From Mobula hypostoma (lineage: Eukaryota): DNA of 64,000 nucleotides. This document shows positions 50,990-63,468 of the stretch, one piece after another. The position numbers were made by a program, and so were the translations under genes. Within the stretch, counting starts at the first letter, position 1. The number at the start of each line of letters is the position of its first letter. The stretch covers positions 6,014,001-6,078,000 of the forward strand of contig NC_086097.1 in assembly GCF_963921235.1 (NCBI RefSeq). The letters run 5' to 3'. The notes under the pieces are model-generated. The model ran no database searches and was not told the DNA's origin. It saw only the letters and a program-made list of their open reading frames with translations.

Positions 50990-51304
50990 GTCTCCCATCC
51001 ACTACATAATGTACTGGTTGGGCACAGGAGTACATTCAGCCAGAGACTCATTCCACCGAGATGCAGCACAGAGCGTCATAGGAAGTTATTCCTGCCTGTG
51101 GCCATCAAACTTTACAACCCCTCCCTTGGAGGGTCAGACAACCTGAGCCGATAGGCTGGTCCTGGACTTATTTCATAATTTACTGGAATAATTTACATAT
51201 TACTATTTAACTATTTATGGTTCTATTACTATTTATTATTTATGGTACATCTGTAACAAAAACCAGTTTCCCCCTGGGATCAATAAAGTATGACCATGAC
51301 TATG
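50990..51304 (+). mobile_element. Rex1/Babar 3' end, same family as 14238-15328
   Basis: Reverse-complement match to 14240-14557; ends AATAAAGTATGACCATGACTATG. Confidence 0.85.
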
Positions 51305-51729
51305 TGGCAGGGTTAGCAATCTGGTGATCACAACCCTGGATGTCCTACCCTTTAATTTAGCAGAAATTATCTTCGGAGAAGGAAAATTCTGATCTCAAAC
51401 CTCTGCTGCCTTGCAGCTACACCCACACATAGGCAAGACTTCAGTAGTAAACCCTGAGTAAAGCAGTCCTATGTTGAGTTTGATGTTGACTGGCAACATC
51501 TATTATGCTTGTGCTTGAGGCTACTCGGAGAAAAGCTATCTCAGATTAGGTGTTGTGTAATAAACAGATCTTATTAGAGAGCTTAACGTAAAGGAACCCA
51601 TAGGAGGCAGTGATCATAATACCTCGCATTCATACTGCAATTTAAGAGAGGGAAGCATAAGCTGCATGTATCAGCATCATAATGGAATAAAGTGAATTAA
51701 AGAGGCATGTGAGAGGAACCTGCCCAGGA

Positions 51730-53026
51730 TACATGCATGGGATGACGACAGATCAGAGATGGCTGTAGTTTTTGCGAATAGCTTACAAGGCACAGGATAA
51801 ATATGTCCCACAAAAAAAGTTGTTCTCAAGTGGCAGGGCTAGGCAACTGTGGGTGACATAGGAAGTTAAGGACTGCATAAAAGCCAATTAAAGTGCATAT
51901 AAGGTAGCAAAAGTGAGTGGGAAGTTGGATAATTGGGAAGCTTTTAAAATCCAACAAAAGACAACTAAAAAAGCTATAAGAAGGGAAAAGATGAAATAAG
52001 AGGACAAACTAGACAATAATATACAGTAAAGCAGGATATTAAATGCTTTTTCCAGTAATATGAAGACTGAAAGGGAGATGAGAGTTCATATTCAGTTACT
52101 GGAAAATGATGCTGGTGAGATAGTAATGGGGGACAAAGAAATGGCAGATGAACTTTATGGGTATTTTGCATCTACCTTCACTGTGGAAGACACTAGCTGT
52201 GTGCCAGAGGTCCATGAGTGTCAGGGAGCAGGAGTGAGTGCCATTTCTATTACAAAGGAAAAAGTGCTAGGCAAACTCAAAGGTCTTAAGGTGGATAAGT
52301 CACCTGGACCAGATGGACTACATCGCAGAGTCTGGAGAGAATTTGGTGCAGAGATAACAGATACATTTTTAAAGATCATTCAAGAATCACTTAATTCTGC
52401 CATGATTCCAGAGGAGTGGAAGATTGCAAATGTTACTCCATTCTTTAAGAAGGGATGAAGGCAGAAGAAAGGAAATTATAGGCTAGTTAGCCTAACCACA
52501 GTGGTTGGGAAAGTGTTGGAGTCTATTATTAAGAAAGAGATTTTTGGAGACTAATGATAAAATAAGTTGAAGTAAGCATGGTTTCTGTCTAGGGAAATCT
52601 TGCCTGACAAATCTGTTAAAGTTCTTCGAGGAAGTAACAAGCAGGGTGGACAAAGGAGATGTAGTAGATGTAACTTACTTGGATTTTCAGAAGGTGGATT
52701 TTCGTGACGCTCTTAACAAGATAAAATCCTATCCTTTGGTGTTACAGGAAAAATACTGGCATGGATAATGGAGTGGCTGACAGGCAGGAGGCAGCGAGTG
52801 AGAATAAAAGGGGCCTTTTCTGGTTGGCTTCTAGTGACTATTGGTGTTCTTCATGTGTCAGTATTGGGACTGCTAATTTCCACATTGGTTGTCAATGATT
52901 TAGATAATGAAATTGATGGCTTTGTGGCAGAGTTTGTGGATGATATGAAGACAGGTGGAGGGGTAGGTAGTGCTGAGGAAGCAACGTGTGTGCAGCTGGA
53001 CTTAGACAAATTGGAAGAAAGGGCAA
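51730..53026 (+). mobile_element. CR1 LINE ORF2 fragment
   Basis: KSPGPDGLH, WKIANVTPFFKKG, WLTGRRQRV. Confidence 0.85.
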
Positions 53027-53643
53027 ATATCTGTTACCTGTCAAGTAGAGTGCCGTGAACAATCCTGATTTGATGGAGACAGACGTGAGAGCGTGGAGGA
53101 ACATCTGGTGAAACTTCTGAAATACCTGCTTCACTGCCACAGTTACTGTGTGATCCAGAATCTCCGGAGGGGAAGGCCCCGAGTCCTCGGCTTTGCTTGT
53201 TGCTCAGCAGCTGGGGCGGGGTCGAAGTGCTCGGCAGAGATGGTGCTCGGTGCTCGATGTCGGACGGCTGGTCGGAGGCTCAAAGTTTTCAGACGGACTC
53301 AGAGTCGGCTGAAGTCGGGTGCTTCCAGAGTGCTGCATCGGCAAGTTTGCGGCGCTGGAAGCTCATGGCAGGGAGAGCTTCTCCCTTCTACCGTCTGCAT
53401 TAGATGATGTGCTATCGGGACTTTGAGACTTTTTTTTACCATGCCCATGGTCTGCTCTTTATCAAATAACGGTATTACTTTGCACTGTTGTAACTATATG
53501 TTATAATTATATGTTTTTTGTCAATTTTAGTCTTGGTCTGTCCTGTGTTTCTGTGATATCATACTGGAGGAACATTGTATCATTTCTTAATGCATGCATT
53601 TCTAAATGACAAGAAACAAGGACTGAGTTTCCTCATAATCTAA
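53027..53643 (+). mobile_element. Second, 5'-truncated copy of the GC-rich retroposon at 38621
   Basis: Shared CTGATTTGATGGAGACAGACGTGAGAG and ...CTCATAATCTAA tail. Confidence 0.75.
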
Positions 53644-56600
53644 AAAAAAATTGAGTTAGCATGCACAACTTGTGGTGGCAGCTTTTTCCACACTCTCATG
53701 ACCTTCTTTTCTCCTCATATTCCCTTTAGACTTTTCACCTTTCAACCTTAACCACTGACCTCTAATTGTAGCCTCACCCAATCTTGACTTTCAAGCTTGC
53801 TGTGACTGCTTTTAGTCTACCTTGCCATACAGTGACTACACTATAGTTAGCCGATGGTAGTGAGTCCATTCCTGCTATGTTATTTTGCAGTTAAAAAGCA
53901 GTCTTCACTCCAAGTCAATCTGTGTTGGAAACCAGCCTTTCAGTAATTCCATAAACAGCATATCTTGTGTTGCTGAGCTCGTCCACAGAGCCTATAAATA
54001 CTCCATCAGCATTATCAGCTTTAAACTCAATGCTGTGCTGGGCCTTGCGTTTTCCATCATGTTTTTGAATGCTTGAGAAAGTCCATTTGCTATCCCGACA
54101 TCCCTGCAAACTGGCTCTCTTATATATTTCAGATTCCAGATTCCTCCGCTGAAGTAATGAGAGGTCGGACAAGCTCGGGTTGTTTTCACTGGAATGACAG
54201 AGTCTAAGGGGAGATCTGATAGAGGTTTATAAGATTAAGCAAGACATAGATAGAGTCGACCGACTATCTTTTTTCCCACGGTTGAAATGTCTACTATCAG
54301 AGGGCTTGTATTTAAGGGAAGGGGAATAATTTCAAAGAAGATGTGAGGGGTGATTTTTTTTACAGAGAGTGATGCGTGCCTGGAATGAGCTGCCTGGGGT
54401 GGAGGTAGAGGCAGATGCATTCAGAACTTTTAAAGACATTTAGATATACACATGAAAGCAAAGAAAATGGAGGGATAGGGATAGGCAAAGGAGAATAGTT
54501 TAGTTGGCCATTTGATTACTAATTTAATTGGTTCAGCACAACATTATGGGCTGAAGGGCCTGTTCCTGTTTTGCACTTCATTTTCTAGGTTTTACTGCCA
54601 CTGATATTTCTGAATAAGTCCCTCGTTCTAAAAATGCTGAATTCACTGCCAGTATGATGCTATTGATGCAATCTACCCATAGTGTTCTGCCTCTTATTGG
54701 TCTTGGGGACACCCTCATCTGTTTCCCTGACCAGTCTGCAGGTGTGTTTACCCACCTCATGGTGGTCATTCTGTGTTAACCTTCTTCCATTTGTGTTTTA
54801 TTGGCATCATGACACAAAATCTACCTCAATGCAGAAAGATAGAGATTTACGCAACACCTCCTGACATAAACTAAACAGCGTAGATTCATGAGCCTTGGGG
54901 AATGCTCTTGGCACTTTTGTGTTGTTTATAGTTTATATTTTGTATGTAGCTACTCCTATTGCAAATTTGTCTCTGGATAGATCATGAAAATTAAAACGAA
55001 CCTGCCTAGAGTTGGCACTGGTTATAGTAACAATCAATGCTGGAAATACACAGCAGGTCAGGCAGCATCAGTGAAAATATATCAATGCTTCCTCTCCATT
55101 CTGGTAAAGTATCTCAGAGCAGAAACATCACCATCTGGTATGGAGGGGCCACTACACAGGATCAGAAAAAGCTGGAGGAAGTTGTAAACTCATCCAGCTC
55201 CATCCCCAGCAAAAGGTGATGGCTCAAAAATGCGGCACCCACCATTAAGTACCCCCATCACCCAGGACATGCCCGCTTCTCATTGCTACCATCAGGGAGG
55301 AGGCACAGGAGCCTGAAGACACACACTCAACATTTTAGGAACAGCTTCTTCCTCTCTGCTATTAGATTTATGAATGGACAATGAATCCAAGTGCATTACC
55401 TCACTAATTTTGCTTCTCTTTTTACTGTACGTATTCAACTGAAACTTTAAAAAATATATTTCTTATTGTAGTTTACAGTTTTAATTATTATGTATTGCAC
55501 TGTACTGCTGATGCCAAACATCAAATTTCATGACTTTTGCCAATGATATTAAGCCTCATTCTGAATCTGATTCATTAACCCTTTGTTTCCAGTCACACTG
55601 GGAAATCTGTCAATTGCCCCCAGTATTTTCAGTTTCTCTTTCCGGCACCACATTCCTATTTAACTCTATCTGTGTCATGGGGATTGTGAGAGTGTGGAAT
55701 GAGCAGCCAGAGCAAGTGGTGCAGGCGAGCTCGATTTCAATGTTTAAGAGAATTTTTCATAGATACATGGATGGTAGGCTGTAGTCTGCATGCTGGTCGA
55801 TGGGAGTAGGCTGTTTAAATGGTTTGGTACAGATTACATGGGCAAAGGACCTGTTTCTGTGCTGTACTTTTCTCTGTGTTCGTCCATCGTTGACGTCGAT
55901 GAGGACCTCGACACCATAATGATGGTGTCAAGACTAGCGCGTTATTTGGATTTAAGTGAGGGAGAGTTGCGCAGCGTCAGCCTCACTCTCTCTTCCCAAT
56001 TCCCATCTGGATCCAGTGGCAAGACAGAGTCTAGATGGCTGGAGATGGGACTAGGCGCAGTGGATGACCGGGACGTCTTCTGTGTCTTGTCCTGCTCTAC
56101 ACGTTCCACGACATTTGCAGAGACCGCCTTCTTGACCGTTGGACTTCCATTAGTTTCGTCCATTCAATCCGCCGGAGTCTGTCTTCACATGCTGGGATAG
56201 ACAACTCCCTATCTCACCGAGGGTTTGAGAGCCGTTGGCTACCCTCACCTGGTTTAGCCGGCTTGTCGAAGCCACTGCCCGGGGTGTGGCCGCTGTCACA
56301 TGCAAACAGCTACGGGGAGCCACAGGTGAGAGCTGAGTGCCAGGTGGGGACCAAAGGTGGACTAACCGCCCTGAAAAGGACGCGACATGTTCCCTCACCA
56401 GAGGTGCTACCCCTACCTGACACCCCATACACCCCACTTTTCTATGACTCTAAGTTCACTACAGCCCTAGGTATTATATTACATGATCTTCTCTCTATTT
56501 ACTTACTTTGCAACACTTGTATACTTACAGCAAATGCAAGAAGATTTGCAAACCTTATCTGGTGTGATCTATTTGTAACTCCAGACCCACCATTGCAGAT

Positions 56601-56727
56601 GACTCTTGAGATGACTTTCGCTGTTCTGGCGTAACTGTGAATGAACAATAAGTGCCAGCGTAGTCAGTAATGTTCACATCATTTGAATGAATGGGTGAAT
56701 GAATGAATAAGTAGATAGTTAGATAGG

Positions 56728-56862
56728 CACTCGCAACACGACAAACGGTTCCAGCCCGAAATGTCGACTGATCATTTCCACGGATGCTGCCTGACCTGCT
56801 GAGTTCCTCCAGCATGTTGTGAGTGCTGCTTTGACCCCAGCATCTGCAGATTATTTTGTGTT
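56728..56862 (+). mobile_element. Penelope-type mini-retroposon (subfamily B); hammerhead 5' half missing
   Basis: Short inverted 5' stub CACTCGCAACACG; body matches 34708-34823; flanks TAGATAGGCA / TAGATAGACA. Confidence 0.75.
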
Positions 56863-56954
56863 TAGATAGACAGGCAGATGGATAGATGGGTAGGTAGATA
56901 GATAGATAGACAGACAGATAGATAAATAGATAGATAGAGAGACAGATAGATAGA
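56863..56954. repeat. (GATA/GACA)n microsatellite
   Basis: Direct reading. Confidence 0.85.
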
Positions 56955-59900
56955 AAGGTGAATGACTGAATGTGAATTGCTTTTCATTTGGATGCCTATC
57001 TGCAATAGATAGTGAAACCACAATTGAATTGAAATGGGAAAACTCAGTATTAGTTCTAATGCTGGTGTTTGAACATCTGGCACCTGTTTCTGTATCTCAT
57101 AACATCTCACTACCTGCATCCTTCTCTGTTGATCCATGCTCATCATGTCATTTAATTTCTGCTGCAGGACCTACCCTCCAGTTCATAGAGGGAGTCAAAG
57201 GCAGTTCCCAACCTGGGGTCTATGTCCCCCTCACTTAATGTTATGAGTCCATGGCATAAAAAAAGATTGGGAACCCCTAGTCGAAAGGCAAGAAAGTCAT
57301 GCCAAATACTTATAAAATATTTGCTTAGCCATAATTTGACTACTTGGTCCATTCCTGGACAGCATGCTTTAAGATAAATAACAAAGACTTTGGAGAGGAT
57401 GTAGAAAAGATTTACCAAAATACTTCTAAGCACAAAGTATTGAAATATTCAACTGTTCTCTATGGAACAGAGAAGAGCCGAGGGGATCAGAAATTGGTTG
57501 AAATCATGAAGGATATATCTATATTGACTGAGAGAGAGAATCAAATACAATCAATGGAGGAGTCAAGAACAAAGGGATGCATAATGAATATAATTCACAA
57601 AAGAATGATTAAAAACCTGAGGAAAAGTATTATTTTTACATTCAAAAGGAAGCTGAATAAGCATCTAAAACAGCTGTTCCCAACCTGGGTTTCATGAACC
57701 CCTGCTTAATGGTATTGGTCCATGGCATAGAAAAGGTTGGGAACCCTTGATCTAAAAGGAAAACGTTTGCAGGCTTTGAGTTGTAGGTCATTCCAATGCA
57801 GGGTTTTGATCTGAAATATCAACAGTTCTTTTCCTCCCACAGATACTGATTGATCCATTGAGTTCCTCCAGCAGATTGTTTGTTCCTCCAGCAACCTCAG
57901 TCTCTTGTGTTCCTGAGCTGTAATCATTCCCTGATCCTGAATCGCTGAGTGCGTGCCTTCGGGCTTCTGTACCTCCTTCATGTTTGTAGCAATTGGAAGA
58001 GAGCATGTACTGGATAATGGGGGTCTTCAATGATGGCTACCGACTTTCTAAAGCCCCACTCCTTGAAGATGTCTTGGATGCTATAGAGACTAGTGTCCAT
58101 GATGGAGCTGACTAATTTTACAACTTTTTGCAACTTTCTTTGATCCTGTGCAGTGCCAACCCCATCCCCCACCACCACCGATACCAAATTGGGATGCAAC
58201 CAATTGGAATGCTTTCCATTGTTTGTCTCACTCCCATCAGCGATGAGGCTACATAACATCTACACCAGGACCACCAGACTCAAAAACAGTTGCCCTCCCC
58301 CAGATCAACACCTCCGCTCACTAACACACCCCTCTACACCACAACCACCACTACTTTATCATTTCCTGTCAGAGTCACCTTATGTACAGACACTCCTGTG
58401 CCTAGTGCCACCTTATAGACATATAAGCAATCTATGTATACAAATTAGTCTATGCATCTTAAAATTAATATAATTATTGTGTGCTTTATCTTATTATGGT
58501 TTTTTTGTGTTGCATCGGATCTGGAGTAACAATTTTTTTTTCTCCTTTACACTAGTGTACTGGACATGACATTAAACAATTTTGAATCATGAAGCTTGAA
58601 TCTATATCACCACAGTAGAACTAACAGTGGCAAGAAATCATGACAGGGGCACTGTGTCAAGGTCCTGGGTAGCACCTGCAGCTTACCTGTATTACTCCGA
58701 TCATTTAGGCATAATGCTGGCCTGCTCACTAAATGCTGGAAGAACTCAGCAAGTCAGTTGCCTCACCGATTCCATGACAGTTCCCACTGTGGCTTTTTCA
58801 TTGCGCAAATAGTGGTATTAAAATTTTGCTGGATAAAGGCCAGTAAACACATTAATAAATGTTTAAATAAAAACACAAAAAGCCTAAATACTGTTCAAAA
58901 TTTCCAATATTGTCATTATTGACTTTCTGTCATATAAATCTTAGACAAAGTGATGAAAGAAACTCCCAGAGAGTTGTGAATTGCTAGAGCTCACTGCTCC
59001 TGAGGATTTTCTGTGCCCCACACAGAGGTAAACGTAAAGCACCTTGAGCTACCAATATGAAATTTGTTTGACACACATTTGCAATATGGTCATATCAGTA
59101 GGAAATTAACATGAGTCACACTCACAAAAAATATACATTACTTTAATCCCTGAATATACAGGATGTCCTCCTATGTCCTAAACTGATCTTCCACATCCCT
59201 CCCAATATGAAAGCCAGGCAGCCCTTAGAGAACCGTCAGCAGCCATCTCAGCCCATGTCGTTATGCATTTTACTGTAGATCTGGAACTTCCTAACTGTAC
59301 TCAGTGGAAAGGTCTCGCTCTGATGTCAGCAGGTAGAATGCTGGAAATACTGATTCCTGTTGAAGCCCAGGTAACTAAAATTAAGACACATCGATTACTT
59401 GCAGAGTATTGTGGATGCAATTCAGCCATTTCTTACAATAGGACAGAGCTGTTAGTATGGGAAACAGCTTTATCCCCCAGGCCGTCAGATTACTGAACTC
59501 TCTGCCACCACCCAGATCTCATCACATTTGAGCACCAGTAACGTTATACTTGTTTACTTTTTAACTTGTGCTGTAAATGCACCTTATTATTTGTTAACTT
59601 ATATGTGATTATATTACTTTATGTATTGTGTGCATGAGCTACAGAATATGTATTGTGTTTGTACCTTGGTCTGGAGGAACATTGTTTTGTTTGGCAGTAT
59701 ACATGTGTACAGTTGAATGACAATAATCTTGAAATTGAACTTTAGATGTCTTAACTAGGAGAACTCCTACGAAGTGTATCTACATGGACCTCACAGCATC
59801 TGATTTCTAAATAATTTACTCAGTTAACCTTGGAGAATTCAATGCTGTTTAGCTCATATAATGCAGATCACTCAAGCTCTTCACTCAAGCATTAGCACAA

Positions 59901-60339
59901 GGCGTCCAAACATATTAAACATAGCTCATATATTTATATTTATTGGATTTTTTTATTATTGTGTTCTTTATCTTATTGTGTTTCTTTTGTGCTGTATCAG
60001 ATCTGGAGTAATAATTATTTTGTTCTCCTTTACAAGTGTGTATTGGAAATGACATTAAACAATCCTGAATCTTGAATCTTGACAAATCTTGACAATACAC
60101 AAGTTCATAAAAATGTAACAGTTCGAAATAACAATGGTTAACTTCTTGTATCTTAATATCCTTTACAAGAGGAAGAGTAAAGTACTGTAGATAGAATTCA
60201 GCTTTCCTGCCAGAATAAAAGAATTATTTGAGAGACTGGCTCAGAATTAGGTTTAATATCACTAGCACGACATAGCACAATGAAATTTGTTGTTTTGCAG
60301 TTCAATACATAATAATAAGAAATGACAAATGAAAATAAA

Positions 60340-61052
60340 AAAACTGGTGCTAATGATCAATAACAAAATGAGTTGAATGAACTAAACTGATTCACTGAAA
60401 TAGAAACAGGCGTGGAAGGAAACAAACTGGGCAAAGGTCAATCAAACTGAAAGGTGAGGGTGTGGCAGATGTGACAGTTTAACCTTCAAATCACCAATTC
60501 TTACACTATGTCAAGAGTGAGCATAGCAATAAGGCACAAGGTGGTCAATCTGTATCAGCAAGGTCTCTCCCAAGCAGAAATTTTACGGCAGACAGGATAT
60601 GCTGTCCAAGCTTTTCTGAAGAATCACAAAGAAATGGGGAAGAATGAGGACCAAGTTTGCAATGGTCAACAAGGTAACTGAGTGCAGCGGATGAGAGAAA
60701 CATCAAACTAATATCCCTTCTAAATTTGCAGAAGTCCAAGACTGCTATTTGCTCTGGGCTCACAGAAGCCAAGTTAAATCCCTTTACAGTTCACAGAGGT
60801 CTTGTCAGATGTCGTCTTCATGGAAGAGTGGCTGTCAAACACCATTCCTCCAAAGAGAAAACAAAGCCAAGAGAGTGGAGTGCTGAACAATGGCAGCAAG
60901 TACTTTCGACTGATGAGTCCAAACTCAAAATTTTTCTCTCAGACAGGAGGCAGTTTGTCCACTGAAGGGATAGGGAGCACTACATGATGAGTGTCTGCAG
61001 TCAAGGGTGAAGCAAGGCAGTGGTTCCTGCAGATTTGTGTCTGCATTTCTAT
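60340..61052 (+). mobile_element. Tc1/mariner transposase fragment (different family); resumes at ~61921-61980
   Basis: EQWQQVLSTDESK, VKQGSG motif remnants. Confidence 0.75.
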
Positions 61053-61920
61053 AATAACACTGCTCCGACAGCGTGCAGTGTAAAGTGAGTCTAAGGACGG
61101 AAGATTGGTTTGTGTGATGTGCTGCGCTTGTGTTCATGATCTTCTGCAGCTTCTTCTGGTCTTGGACAGGACAACTTCCATACTTCCTGAGAAAACTAAA
61201 GAAATTTGGCCTGTCTCCTCAAACCCTCACTAATTTTTATAGATGACAGTAGAAAGTATTTTCCTATGGTGCATCACAACCTGGTATGGAAGTTGTCCTG
61301 TCCAAGACTGGAAGAAGCTGCAGAAGATCGTGAACACAGCCCAGCACATCACACAAACCAATCTTCCATCCTTGGAAACAACAGGAATTCTGCAGATGCT
61401 GGAAATTCAAGCAACATACATCAAAGTTGCTGGTGAACGCAGCAGGCCAGGCAGCATCTATAGGAAGAGGCGCAGTCGACGTTTCAGGCCGAGACCCTTC
61501 GTCAGGACTTCCATCCTTGGACTCACTTTACACCGCACACTGTCAGAGCAGTGCTGCCAGGATAATCAAGGACACGACCCACCCAGCCAACACACTTTTT
61601 ATCCCTCTTCCCTCCGGGAGAAGGCTCAGGAGCTTAAAGACTCATACGGTCAGATTTGGGAACAGCTTCTTTCCAACTGTGATAAGACTGCTGAAAGGAT
61701 CCTGACCCGGATCTGGGCCGTACCCTCCAAATATCCGGACCTGCCTCTCGGTTTTTTTGCACTACGTTACTTTCCATTTTCTATTTTCTATTTATGATTT
61801 ATAATTTAAATTTTTAATATTTACTGTCGATTTGTACTCCAGGGAGGGGGAAGCGCAGAATCAAATATCACTATGATGATTGTACGTTCTAGTATCAATT
61901 GTTTGGTGACAATAAAGTAT
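61053..61920 (+). mobile_element. Rex1/Babar 3' fragment with an inverted duplicate at its 5' side
   Basis: VESI..CITTWYG, KKLQKIV, LPSGRRLRS, SFFP motifs; 61057-61183 is the reverse complement of the downstream segment. Confidence 0.8.
61376..61509 (-). mobile_element. Penelope-type mini-retroposon (subfamily A, single arm) with intact hammerhead motif at 61474-61509
   Basis: Minus strand AGUC-CUGACGA-AGGGUCUCGGCCU-GAAACGUC-GACU; TSD CTTCCATCCTTGGA (61363-61376 / 61508-61521). Confidence 0.88.
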
Positions 61921-63333
61921 AAATGGAGCTGGTGATCTGGTCAGAATTATGGAATCCTCAATGCAGATGTACAAGCAGATTCCTCTTGTAAGTTTTCATG
62001 TTTTATTGTTTTACAACATTGAATCACAGTGTGTTTAATTTGGCTAATTTGACACTGATCAACAGAAAAAGACTTCTGCATCAAAGTGAAAACCGATCTG
62101 TACAAAGTAATCTAAATTAATTACAAATATAAAACACAAATAATTGATTGCAGAAGTATTCACCCCCTTTAATATGACACACCAAATCATCACTGGTGCA
62201 GCCAACTGGTTTTTGAGGTCACATAATTAGTTAAATGAAGATCTATTTTTGGAAACCTGTGTGCAGTCAAGGTGTTTCAATTGATTGCAGTAAAAATACA
62301 CCTCTATCTGGAAGGTCCAACTGTTGTTAAGTCAGAACCCAAGCAAAAACTAAAAAAGAAGACAAAGGAACACTCCAAGCAACTCCATAAACAATACAAG
62401 TCAAGATATGGAAACAAGAAAATTTCCAAGTCACTGAATATCCCTTAGAGTACAGCTAAGTCAATCATCAAGAAACAGAAAGAATATGACACAGCTGTAA
62501 ATCTGCCTAGAGCAGACTGTCTTCAAAAACTGAATGACTGTGCAAGAAGGAGACTAGTGAGGGAGGCCACCCACCTATGACAACTCTGGAGGAGTGGCTG
62601 AGATGGGAGAGACTGCGCAGACAACGACTGTTGCCCAGGTGCTTCACCAGTCACAGCTTTATGAAGGAGTGGCAAAGAGAAAGCCATTGTTGAAAAAAAC
62701 TCACATTAAATCTTGGCTAGAGTTTGACAGAGTCATGTGGAGAACTCTGAAGTCAGCTGGAAGAAAGTTCTATGGTTTGCTGAAACCAAAACTGAGCTTT
62801 TTGGCCATCAGACCAAATGTTATGTTTGGTGTTAGCCAAAAACAGTACATCATCAAAAACACACCTTCCCTACAGTGAAGCACGGTGGTGGATGCATCAT
62901 ACTGTAGGGATGCTTCACTCCAGCAGGCCCTGGAAGGCTTATGAATGCAGCAAGATACAGGGAAATCCCGGAGGAAAACCTGAGGCAGTCTGCAAGAGAA
63001 CCGTGATTTGGGAGATTTGTTTTCCGGTAAGACTATGACCCCTAGCATAAAGCCAAAGCTACACAGAAATGGCTTAAACAGAACAAAGTTAATATCCTGG
63101 AGTGGCCAAGTCAGAGCCCAGACCTCAATCCAATTGAAAATTTGTGGCTGAACTTGAAAAAATTAGTTCACTTATGATCCTCATGCAATCTGACAGAGCA
63201 TGAGCAGTTTTGTAAGGAAGAATCGGGAAAAATTACAGTGTCCTGGTGTGCAAAGCCAACACAGACTCAAGGCTCACACATAAAAGTTGCTGGTGAACGC
63301 AGCAGGCCAGGCAGCATCTCTAGGAAGAGGTGC

Positions 63334-63369
63334 AGTCGACGTTTCAGGCCGAGACCCTTCGTCAGGACT
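63334..63369 (-). ncRNA. Minimal type-I hammerhead ribozyme motif (core intact)
   Basis: AGUC-CUGACGA-AGGGUCUCGGCCU-GAAACGUC-GACU. Confidence 0.78.
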
Positions 63370-63432
63370 AACTGAAGGAAGAGTGAGTAAGGGATTTGAA
63401 AGTGGGAGCACTTACTCACTCTTCCTTCAGTT

Positions 63433-63468
63433 AGTCCCGACGAAGGGTCTCGGCCTGAAACGTCGACT
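63433..63468 (+). ncRNA. Hammerhead motif with a core mutation (CCGACGA)
   Basis: Same as the opposite arm, but U4 to C at 63438. Confidence 0.6.

Larger units (their letters stand above)
46458..51362 (-). mobile_element. Minus-strand CR1 remnant, split by a plus-strand CR1 and a Rex1 tail
   Basis: RT/EN-like minus ORF pieces at 46458-48300; ORF1-like piece resumes at ~50720-51362. Confidence 0.7.
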
